Shown one piece after another: positions 23,264 through 34,361 of a stretch of 61,952 bases of DNA. Source of the DNA: Geosiphon pyriformis uo1. Its lineage: Eukaryota; Fungi; Glomeromycota. Location of the stretch: contig JAAOMT010000510.1 in assembly GCA_016748015.1 (NCBI GenBank), forward strand, positions 1 to 61,952, in the 5' to 3' direction. The translations under genes were made by a program, and so were the position numbers. The stretch's first letter is position 1, and each line of letters starts with the position of its first letter. The notes beneath the pieces were generated by a model that saw only the letters and a program-made list of their open reading frames with translations, had not been told where the DNA came from and ran no database searches.

Positions 23264-25352
23264 CATTAGGTTTTCTCTTAAAGCAAGCTTTAAAAGTTCT
23301 GGCAGGTGAATTCCAGTATAACTTCTTGTGTTCTTTTTATATGGGTGATATTTTTGTGAGTTTGGGGCTAAATTTGTAACTACTTCTGTTTGGGTATAAT
23401 TAATGTGGTTTCCAGTAACAGTAATAGATAATTTGGATATTGTTTTTAAAGCTAACATTAGTTTTTGGGATAATTGTTGAATGTTTTGAGGAATAGTCAT
23501 TATAAGCAATTGAAAAAATAAAAATTATTTTTGGTGTATGAGTTTTTATGTTATTTTTGTTTTTGTTTTTGTGAGATTGTTTCTAAATTATAAAAGAATA
23601 ACTAGTAAAATTAAATTAAGTGTTCAGGTTGGAAGGTTGTTCAATGACAACTATTGGTTCTAAGTTTCAGGGAATATCTTCGGGACTGACCAAAGGGGAA
23701 TATGTACCAATTTATGGAATTAATAGTTCAGGATTGTTTCTGGAATGATAGTGTTTCAAATGATTTCCATGTGCAACTTTTGCTAAGATTTTGTCATTAA
23801 GTCTTAGCTTGTATGATTCATTGCCTAGGACTTTATGGATAAAGAATGGTTCATTCCATTTATTTTCAAATTTTCCACTCCATTGTTTTTCAGCTTTAGT
23901 TCTGTATAAGAGAACTTTGTTTCCAATTTTAAATTTATTGGTGACTGAAAGCAATTTGTCATCATGCTGTTCTTTTTGTTGAGCTTGGGAGTGTTCAATA
24001 TGAGTGGCTGCTATTCATTGTTTTCTTTCCAATGTACTAAGCAGAGTGTAGGCTCTTCACTGAAGCGTTTCTTGGAAATTGTTTTCATCGATCGGTTGTG
24101 CTGGATATGTTTCCACTGTGAAACTAATTGGTAATGTTGTCGTTCTTCCATAAGTTAAATCAAATGGTGTGTGTTTTGTGGTATCTTGTTTTAATGTCCT
24201 ATATGCTAGTAACACTGATGGAATAAAGAGATCTCATTCTTGCTCAAAATCAGTTGAGACTTTGGCTAATGACTCACACAATGTTCTGTTAAAACGTTCC
24301 ACAAGTCCATTTGTTTGTGAATGGTAGGGCAAAGACAGAAGTCTTTTGACATTGAATCGTTCACAAATTTCTTGTATCAAGTTGTTTACGAAGTGTGTTC
24401 CTTGATTGAATAAAAGTTCAATTGGACATCCATGTCTACAAATGATGTCTTCGTAGATGAAATTTGCTACTGATTTTGCATCTGCTTGTTGAATGGCTCT
24501 GGCTTCAGGCCATTTAGTAAGATAGTCTACAGCTACTGCAATATAATGGTTTCCTTGAGTGGTGATAGATAGTGGTCTAACTAAATCAATACCAACTCTG
24601 TTAAAAGGCTGTCCAACTTTGATTGGATTTAAAGATTCTGTAAGGCGAGTTCCTCCTCTTCTTTGACAATTATCACAAGATTCGACATATTTGTGAATGT
24701 CTTTTTTCATTCGAGGCCAAAAGTAATATTCTAGTGTTCTTTGAGTGGTGCTATCTTTTCCGAAGTGTGCTGATAAAGGATCTGAGTGCATGTTGTATAA
24801 AATGGTCTCTTTTTCCTGTTCTTGTATTAATCTGAGTGATTTGGTTGGGTTTTTGAAATTTCGATGATAGATAATGTTATTATGTAGAAAATATTGTTTG
24901 GCTTGTTGTTGTAACCAATGTTTTTCGTCTGGGGACCAATTTGTTGGGATTGTTAATGTTTCCAAATATTGTTTGAGATTGTTGTAGTTTTCAGGGTTCA
25001 TTGTTTGTTGTTTTGATGCTGTTAATTCAAATGAGTATTGGTTTTGTTTTCTAATTTTGCCTCATTCTTGAGAGACAATCAACGTTGGTGTGGAGTTTTC
25101 CTGGTTTGTGGTGTACAATGTATTGGTAATTAGCTAAAAATCCTGTCCATCGGATTTGTTTTGCGTTCAGCTGGGTGTTTTTGTTTTGAAGCCATTTAAG
25201 TTCAATATTATCAGTGATAATATTGAATTCTTTGGGTCTGAGGTAAAAGTTGAAGTGATGTAGGGCCCAGATTACTGCTGCAGTTTCTAATTCTGTTGCG
25301 GGGTAGTTCTTTTCGGCTGGCTTTAATGTTCTACTAGCATAAGCAATTACTT
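23264..25352 (-). mobile_element. Family B second copy: RNase H end, integrase (23616-25001), ORF3 start
   Basis: Near-identical to 12869-14957. Confidence 0.92.
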
Positions 25353-25372
25353 NNNNNNNNNNNNNNNNNNNN

Positions 25373-26100
25373 TGTCTTCTACTTTGGCTGAATTGCAGGC
25401 CATTATGTTGGCTTTTGAGTGCATCTTTTTTTTTAGCTCTGTAAATATCTTTACAGACAGTCAGGTTGCTTTGGATGCATACAAGTTAGAATTAGGTTTA
25501 GTTTGTTCAGATTTTTGAAATCACTGTTGGGTTGAGCATTGACACATAGTGAACATTATTAGAAAAAAGAATTTGAATGTTAGCTGGCATAAAGTAAAAG
25601 ATTATTCTGGAGTCATGAATAACAAATGTGCTAATACACTTGCTGACACAGCTTTTTTTTTTCCTGGTGTCTTCTTTCTTGTGTGAAAAAACATTGTATT
25701 TTAGCTAAGAATAGTGTCATTTCTGGTAATTTTAGATGTTTTGTTCATGGGATTTTTTAGTCCATTTATCATGCACGCTGAGAAGTTGGTTCAAGTTCTA
25801 GAATTTTGGATAATAGTCTGCACTCGGACGTTGATTGATTTAGCTCATCATTGATATGGCATCCAGACTTACACATGGCCGTTGGCTTTACTAGTAAATC
25901 TACAGCTAACACTTGCACATATTTCATAAAGGCTTTGTACTATTGACTGCTGGTTACTGTTCGGAAGTACTTGTATAACAGATGTTATCCCAGTGTGCTA
26001 TGTTTATATTATGATAATGTAGAGGTTTCTAATCATGTCTTTTTTTGCATGGTTAATGATTCTGTTTGTCAATAATTGTTAGATATTTATACAGCTGCTT
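25373..26100 (+). pseudogene. LINE beta ORF2 RNase H / Cys-motif fragment
   Basis: AELQAI, FTDSQVAL, WHKVK motifs; duplicate of 35896-36465. Confidence 0.85.
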
Positions 26101-26361
26101 AAAAATTAAATTGTTTATTTTTTTAAGTTAATAAATAATATTTTTTTGCTTAATAAAATTATTTATATTTTTTATATTATATGTAACGATTTTTCAAATA
26201 AAATTGGTTATTAAAATATTAAAAAAAAATTTATTTTAAGTCAAAATCAGACTATTTAACTTTGTAAACAAATTTATAACTAAACTAAACAAATTTTTTA
26301 ATAAAGTTTTTAACTTAATCATATTTAAAAGTACTAAAAAANNNNNNNNNNNNNNNNNNNN

Positions 26362-29300
26362 TGCCTCATTCTTGAGAGACAATCAACGTTGGTGTGGAGT
26401 TTTCCTGGTTTGTGGTGTACAATGTATTGGTAATTAGCTAAAAATCCTGTCCATCGGATTTGTTTTGCGTTCAGCTGGGTGTTTTTGTTTTGAAGCCATT
26501 TAAGTTCAATATTATCAGTGATAATATTGAATTCTTTGGGTCTGAGGTAAAAGTTGAAGTGATGTAGGGCCCAGATTACTGCTGCAGTTTCTAATTCTGT
26601 TGCGGGGTAGTTCTTTTCGGCTGGCTTTAATGTTCTACTAGCATAAGCAATTACTTGCTCATTTCCATTGTCATTTAACTGTAATAGAATGGCACCAAAG
26701 GCAGTGTAAAAGGCGTCAGTTGCTAACTGGAATCGGTTGCTGAAATCTGGGTAGGCAAGGATTAGAGCTGTTGTGAGTTTTTCCTTAAGTATCTCAAAGG
26801 CATTTTGGTGTTCTTCTGTCCATTTGTATTCGATATTTTTAGTAGTGAGCTGGTTGAGGGGTTTTGCAATTTCTGAGAATTTTTTGATGAATTTTTAGTA
26901 ATAAGATGCTAATCCAATAAATTCTCTTAATTCTGTAGTATTTTGTAAAATCTTGAAGTTCTTGACAGTATTGATTTTTCCGGGGTCTGGTTTAATTCTA
27001 TCTTTACTAACAATGTGACCAAAAAAAGCTAGACTTGTTTTTCCAAAGTAGCATTTTTCAATGTTCAGTTTCAAATCTGCTTTTCGTAATTGTTGAAAAA
27101 CTTCTCACAGGTGAATTAAATATAGCTTGAAAGATGGTGAATAAACATCAGTGTTATCAAGATAAACTACTACTGATTTCCAAAGGAGGCCTTTGTAAAC
27201 AACATTTATGAGTCTTTGGAATATTGCTGGTGCATTGCATAATCCAAAAGGCATTACATTGAACTCGTAATTTCTTTCTTGAGTGGTAAATGCTGTTTTG
27301 GGGCAGTCTTTGGGATCCATAGCAACTTGTCAGTATTCACTCTCTAAATCTAATGTCAAAAAGTATTTGGACTTTCCAAGGGCATCCAACATGTCATCAA
27401 TTTGGGGAAAAGGGTAGGCATCCCCAATGGTGACACTGTTGAGTTGTCGATAATTAACACAAAATTGTATCTTTCCATTTTTCTTTTTAACTAGGACCAC
27501 AGGTGAGGCCCATGGGCTCATTGATGGTTGAATAAGACTATTGTTAAGCATCTGTTGTACTTCTTTTTGGATAAATTGGTGACTTTCTGGGGCAACTTGA
27601 TAGATTTGTTGTCACCTTGGTTTGGCATCTCCTGTATAGATTTGGTGTTGAACCAAATCAGTTTTTCCTAAGTTATTGTTGTTTTTGGCGAAGATGTCAG
27701 CAAATTCTGCAATTAGTTCTTTAAGCTGAATCTGTTGTTGTGGTTCAAGTTGTCCCATGTTGATTCGAGATAGTTTTTCCATGACAACATGGTAGTTTTT
27801 GAAACTGGGGTTTGGGTTGGTTTTTGGTATTGAATGTCCAATAATTTCAGAGAAATCGGGAACTATTTGGGGTAATTCTTGTTGAAATATATTACTGTGA
27901 ATAACTCCAATTTCTAAATTATTTAATAAAATTATGGAGTAATTATTGGGGTTGTAAAAAGTAACTCAGACTTTCTTTGTTCCTTCTGGAATATAAATGT
28001 TTGGGATCAAAATATTATGTTCCAAGCAGACTTGTTCATTGGACTCAAAAATTTGTTGTGTGGTTGTTGGCTTTGGACAGGTGTAGATTTCTGGATGTTC
28101 TCCAAAGGGTGAGATAGTAATCAGTTGTAGGAGTCTAAGAATCTGGTGGGATTCGTTCTGAGTGTTAAGAGCTATATTAACTGGAACTGTGAATCATCCA
28201 GTTGAACCAAAACCTTGAGTTCCTCTATCGCTTTTTCCTAATTGTTCTCTTTGATTGACTAGTTGCAAACTCGAAATGTTGATTAAAGGTAGGTAAATAG
28301 CTTGGGCAATTTTTTCAGCATGTTCGATCTTGAATGATTTGTCAGTTTCATTTTAAAGCATCACTGTTATGTCTCCAATATATCCAGCATTGATTATTCC
28401 TCCTCTGACATTGATTCCTTTGCTTGCCAGAGAGAACTGGGAGGCGATTTGAACCATTGCTCCTGGCGGGATTTCAAGTGCAATTTGAGGTTGATTTTTG
28501 TGAGAGATTTGGGTTTGAGAACAAGAGTATCCTTGCCTGGATATCTTAGGTCATATCCAGCATCAATTTCGTGTGCTTTTTCGGGTTTTATTTCTTGTTC
28601 ATTGTTGTTGAAGTATTTAAGTTGTAAGGCAGGCTGATTTTCGATAAGGTAGATGGGTGTTGTTTTAATTTCTTACGTTTCTTTAGGTTCTCCAAATTCA
28701 ATTTCATTCTCATCATTTTCGCTGGGCAAGGGGATACTAAGAGCATAGCACTCAGAACACCATTGTTCATCGCAAGGCATAATGCATTCTTTACATAGCC
28801 TAATGTTCATTTGCTCTAATTGTTGAATTTGAGCTTCTTGGGTTGGGTAGGTGTGACTTGCAATTTGGTGGTAGACTTCTACTTCATCTTCATAATCGAA
28901 TCCAGCTAATTCCATAGTGTATTCAATATATTCTGCTTCCTTCATTTGACGAACATTTTCTTTGGTAGCTCCATTAATTAATGCTATTACTAAGTCGAAA
29001 ATTATCTCAGCATTATGAGGGTAGTGATAGAGTTTGTTAAGAGCACTGTTATATGCTGCATTAAAGGGTGTTCCTTTTTTTACTTTTTCTGAAATTGATA
29101 AAGCATATTGGCAGGTCTGATCACAGACTTCTCCTCTCATTGCTACATCAATCCAATTGCATTCTTCCAGTAGCATATCTCCACAAGTTAAACAAGGGGT
29201 GTTGTCCCATTTTTCACTCCTTTTTATTAGATGGCCCCATCGCTCTCTGTGGCAAGCCTTGCAGTAATAACAAGTATGATTTTCATATTCTTCTTCAGAT

Positions 29301-30332
29301 GAAATGCAGGCTCCCATTGACGATAGTTTCTTGTAGCAGTCCTTATATTTAAGGAGAATATAGGGGTGTTGTTTCCTTGGTTTGGGTTTTGAGTAAGGTG
29401 TATTCCATCCAGAGGTTTCAGGTTTAGTGTGTGGGATAAAATGTTCTTGTTTCGTTTCATCAGCCCAGTTGGACATTGATCCAAGAGCCATGAATGTTTC
29501 GATTATTGGTTTTTTTTTTTCTGGTTCAAATTCAAAAGCCAGGGCTTTTTCAGAGCGTTTGTTGAATGTGCCACACATGGCAGGTACCCGGGCATGTTGT
29601 CCTTGGTAGAAGATTGTTAACTCTTGTATTTCCCAATTCAGATTAGCATTGGCTTTTTGAAGCCAATCATTTCCAATGAGAGCTTGGTACTGGGGTGCGT
29701 CCATTATAAAAACTTTAACTGGAATGGTGATTCCATCAAGAGTGAATGGAAAATTGTCAATTTCTCTTACTGGGGTCTTTTTCATACCATCAACAGTGAC
29801 AATTACTGTTTGAGCTGGTCGGTCGACATTTCTTTTCAACTGTTGCATTAACTGGTAGGTGATAATGCTTCTGGCAGATCTATTGTCTAGGATTAAACGA
29901 ATTGGCTTTCCTTCTACTTCAGCTTCTGTGTACATTGCAGTGATAGCTTTTTGCTCATTAGCCACTGCATTGCTAAGCAAGAATAGTAATTTATTTGCTT
30001 CAAATTCGAAAGGAAAGATATCAGAGAGATTGGCGTTTTCAGCAATTCGGGCTGGTGGAATAGTGGTGTGGTTATGAGAAAGATTTTGTTGTTGTTGTGC
30101 TGCAGCTCTACCTTCTGAGAGTGCAGTATGGTGAAAATCCTGTTCTTCCAGCATTGTTAAATAACTGGGTTGAGTGTAGTAGTGGTTGAGTCTTGGTTGA
30201 GTGGTATTTTGGGGAACCAATTGGTTGTTCGAACTAATTCTACTGTTGTTTACTTGGTATCAGTTTTGTGGTGTGAATTGATTTTGTGTAATCAGTCTTC
30301 AAGCAGATACTTGATAATATTGTGTGGGTGGT
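26362..30332 (-). mobile_element. Family B second copy: PR, Cys-rich domain, dUTPase, RT, RNase H
   Basis: Near-identical to 14663-18634; the 515-aa ORF 28673-30220 joins PR and the Cys-rich domain without stops. Confidence 0.93.
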
Positions 30333-30352
30333 NNNNNNNNNNNNNNNNNNNN

Positions 30353-32599
30353 CTGTTAATGATTCTTCTTTTATAATATTTGGTGTCAATTTCAATGAAG
30401 ATGGTTTTTATAAGTGTGTAAGTTTTAAAAAATGTCTTGATTTGGGGCTGGTCAATTCTTTAATCAAAAGCATGGTGATGAAAAAGTCTACTTGAGAAAA
30501 TTCTAGAGAAGTTATGAAAATGATTGATTATGTATTTGTTTTTCCAAATCTGATTAGTGTAATAGTGCATTATGACATTTTAGAAGTCAGCAAACATTTT
30601 GACATGAATTATCAGACTGTTTTAGTGTCCATAAATTTGGATGGACTTTTGGATACAAAGTTGAGCTCTCTTTGCAAGCAGGCAAATAAGGATTGTTGAA
30701 AGTTTAATTTCAAATATGTGAATGGAAATAAATGAAACAATTTTAAAAATGCTACATTAACCAATGTTGCAATGTTCTCTAGTAAGTTTGCTGCTGCTAT
30801 AAAGTTTTCGAATCTGGATGTTATGTGGAATGTTATGTGTAGAGTGATGTTTTTCAGCAAGTGAAGTTTTTAAGAAAAGATGGTTCAGAAAATATAATAG
30901 TATCTTCACCAACGAATCTTTTAAGTTCTATAAGCTAAAAATTTTGGTGTTAAAAATTGCCAAAGCATTACATGAGGGTGTTAGTAATGCTTTTAAATCT
31001 TTGATGGACTGCTGGAAGTCTTTAGATGTTGATAAAGCTTCATCTGTTCAGGCTCTATTGGATTTTGGTGCAGATTTTGATCATGTGTGTTTGGCTCTTT
31101 TCAGTGTGTAAAAATTATATCATGTCTCTAAGCTTGCTGAGTCTTTGCAGACTGAGAAGTCAAGAATTAGATCAGTTATTGATAAACAAATTAACAATTT
31201 TGCAGTCAATAAAGATCATACAATCAGAAGTGTACTAGAGTGTCTTTTTTAAAAAGTGGTTTTAGACCATTTAGTAGTTGAGAATAAACTGATTTTGAAA
31301 TCTAATCTGGTTAAAGCCAAAGTAGATATTATTATGAAGGGCTGGACTAGGAAGTGTAAAGTGGTGGAAGATTTTTTTAATAACTGGTCTCATCAATATC
31401 AATCTTTGGAATAAGTTTTTGACAATGCTTTTTCAAATATAATAAGTTTAATTAGTTTTGATGAGTTGCTCAGTATGGTTTCTGATTTGCCTAATAGCAA
31501 GACTGCTGGTCTTTCTGGGATTTCAAACAAGCTTTGGAAGCATTGTGATAAATCAGTCTTGGATATGCTTTTGGTTCTTTTGAATTTCTGTTTATCTTAT
31601 AAGTCAGTGCCTAGTGCTTGAAAAAAAGCCTGGATCTCAATGATTTTCAAGCCATATGAGTGGGAAGGAGTTTTTATGAACACCTGATCTATTGTTTTAA
31701 TTGAAAATGTCTGTAAGATTCTTTTTAAAATTTTTTTAAACAGGATCTCTTTGGTGTGCAGTGCTTTTGATATTTTTTAAGGAAACAATTTCTTGGTTTT
31801 AAAAAGTACGACTATGCAATTTCTCATATTTGCTATTGGTTTAGTTATTGAAAACACATTGAAAAAAAACTATGAACTCTGGCTGATCTTGCAGAACATG
31901 CACAAGGCCTATAATTTGGTTGGGTAAAAGCATCTTAAAAGAAGCTTAGTCAGGATAAAAATGTGTGATAAATTTAGGAGGCATCTACAATGACTGTGTT
32001 AACAAAGTTATGACAGATTTTGGTTTAACAGATAAATATTAAATACATGATAGTTTAAACCAGAGAGAAATGTTTTTGCCACTTCTTTGGTGCATTTTTT
32101 ATGATTCTTTTTTGTGTAATGTCAAGAGACAGAAAAGCATATATGGATATAGGATGAATTTCTATTACATTACCAAAGCTAATTATTTAAAATTTCAAGC
32201 TAAACTAACATTCTTTTTTGCTGCTAGCGCTTTTGTTGATAATACAATTTGAATTGGTAGCAGCCAAGCTATGACCCAGCATATTTTCAATATTACTAGT
32301 GAATTTTTTCAAATTAATAATATCTTAATTAATAATGACAAGATAGTAACTATTCCTATTAATTGCAGAGTGATGTGTTCTAATTTATTCATCAGTGGTT
32401 TATCTATTTCCATCGCCAAGAAAGGGGAGTCTTATTACTACTTGGGTATTTTTTTGTTAACTAAAGATCTGTTGAAGCCTAGCTTGGCCAAGGCAAATTC
32501 TAATGTCTGGTTTTTTGCCAATCTTATTTTAAAAAAGCCATTTTTGATAAACAGTTTTTGTATCTGGTGTTAGCGGTTCTCCACCCTATTGTTAACTAC
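30353..32599 (+). pseudogene. LINE beta ORF2 (APE end and RT)
   Basis: GVNFNED, IDYVF, HKAYNL, AFVDNTI, YLGI. Confidence 0.88.
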
Positions 32600-32619
32600 N
32601 NNNNNNNNNNNNNNNNNNN

Positions 32620-33379
32620 TTTCTTTGTTTTCACTGTCTATTGATTCTTCTTCAGTTATTTCAGAGTTGTTTTCTTTGTTTGCTGTTGTCTCAGAGTGTT
32701 CACTTTGATTTTCAGCTAGAAAATCAAGGAGATTGAAACTAGTTTGAAGGGGTTCTTGTTGTCTGGTGAGACTTCTGAGTGATGTAAAATCTTCTGGTCT
32801 TGCAAATTGATTCAAGGGTGAATTAGGTGTTTGTGCTTGTGCAAGTGAAGCTGGAAAAGGTGTGATAGTAAGTAGAAGTTTTGAGCTGGTTCCTTGTTCA
32901 GGTGTTTGTAGATGTTTAAATGATATTTTGGGAGTATTGGGTGTTGTGTGAACAGGTCGGTTATTTTTTTGTCTTTTGTTGCTACTGGTTTCAGATTGAG
33001 ATTCGAGTTCAAAGACAAATTGTGTGTTTGCAAGATATTTTTCTTCACAGAATTGAATGATATTATAATCGAGTTCCTCAAAATAAGTAGCGCAAACTTT
33101 AGCACTAATGTTTTCTGATTCAGTGTTGGAATAGTGTAGTATGTTCTCAAGAAGATCTCTTTTAACTGTTGTAATGTTATAGTTCCTAAAGAGGTAGTCG
33201 TTGATTCGATTTTCGATGTATTGAAAAAGTGTTTTCTTGAAAGCTATGATTCCGTCGCGTATTTCAAATCATTGTTTGCAGTGTGTGTAAATCAATTGAT
33301 AGTACTCTAAGGTTGTAATGTCTGAGGCAGTCGCCACTTTGAATTTGTTGTTGTGTTATTTCTGTGGGAGAGCACCAAA
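32620..33379 (-). mobile_element. Family B leader and gag N-terminal region
   Basis: Overlaps 19540-20127 and extends to the PBS and 5' LTR. Confidence 0.9.
33360..33377 (-). other. Primer binding site of family B
   Basis: TGGTGCTCTCCCACAGAA, 2 nt after the LTR end; complementary to a tRNA ending ...GGAGAGCA-CCA. Confidence 0.85.
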
Positions 33380-34361
33380 TGTTACCAGAGGTTTTTGGTC
33401 TCTTTTCTGTAATGTTGTTGATACTTATTTGCTGTGAATTCACGTTTTCTGGATGTGGTTGAACCTCCAGTAACTGAATGTATCTTCAAATTATCTCCTA
33501 TAATTTGAACTTGTTGGGCTTATGAGTGGAATGGCCAATTCCGTGCCAGTTGCTTTATGTAGTTACATTGTAGTAAACATCAATTTTTTTCCAGGAATTG
33601 CTTGTCTGGAAGCTCACTAAAAATGTGTAGTTACTTTGCTGTGAAAGTCAACTCTTCTACAGGAATCTCATCTGTAGGCTACCTTAATAATTGTAATAAG
33701 AAAAGAAAAGAAAAATAAAAGAAATATAAAAGAAATAAGATTTTTATCAAGAGAACGTTTTTCTATCCAGGCCTGGAGTCACTAACAGTTTACTGAAATT
33801 GGTAGCTAATCAATTTCGAAATGTTAGTTGGGTTTTGAGGATTTTCCAAGTGCAATAATTTAGGAATTTGGTTTTTCGAATTATTTGATATTTATTTCTT
33901 TTTGTGTGTATAGGAATGGTTCTAAGAGATAAATCTAAAGTAAGATATATTTTCTAAAAGAGAGAAGCTTTTCTTTTATACAACTTGTCATAACACTATT
34001 CTATGAACTTGAACTTTGCTATTTTCTACAATTTCGCTGAACTAAAGGTACATTTCGACAAACTACAAGTTATTTCTACGAACTATTAGATATTTCGGTA
34101 AACTATCAATTATTTCGGCAAATTTCTATAAATTTCGACAAACTTTTAAATGTTACATAGTTCAGGGTATTGCATAATTGATCATTGCAATTAGGTTACA
34201 TTTGTGTTGTGTACAATTTGGGTTATTAATTAAATAATAATTTCGGACATTCTTTGCTAATGTAATAAGTGATAATTTGAAATGATAATATATGCTAATT
34301 AATAATAGGAATTATAAGATAGTTTCATGCTAAATGATATCTCTAATTTCGTCTGGTAACA
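33380..34361 (-). repeat. 5' LTR of family B (982 bp)
   Basis: Perfect 10-bp terminal inverted repeat TGTTACCAGA/TCTGGTAACA; followed by the PBS on - strand; flanked by TSD GTGG. Confidence 0.95.
33974..33980 (-). promoter_or_regulatory. Candidate TATA box of family B LTR
   Basis: TATAAAA on - strand downstream of a U3 repeat array, with AATAAA ~80 nt further downstream; conserved in all three LTR copies. Confidence 0.5.

Noticed and set aside
33380-33700. Possible gag-frame ORF starting inside the 5' LTR and reading through the PBS
   Set aside because: Several in-frame stops are shared by both LTRs, so they were probably present at insertion.
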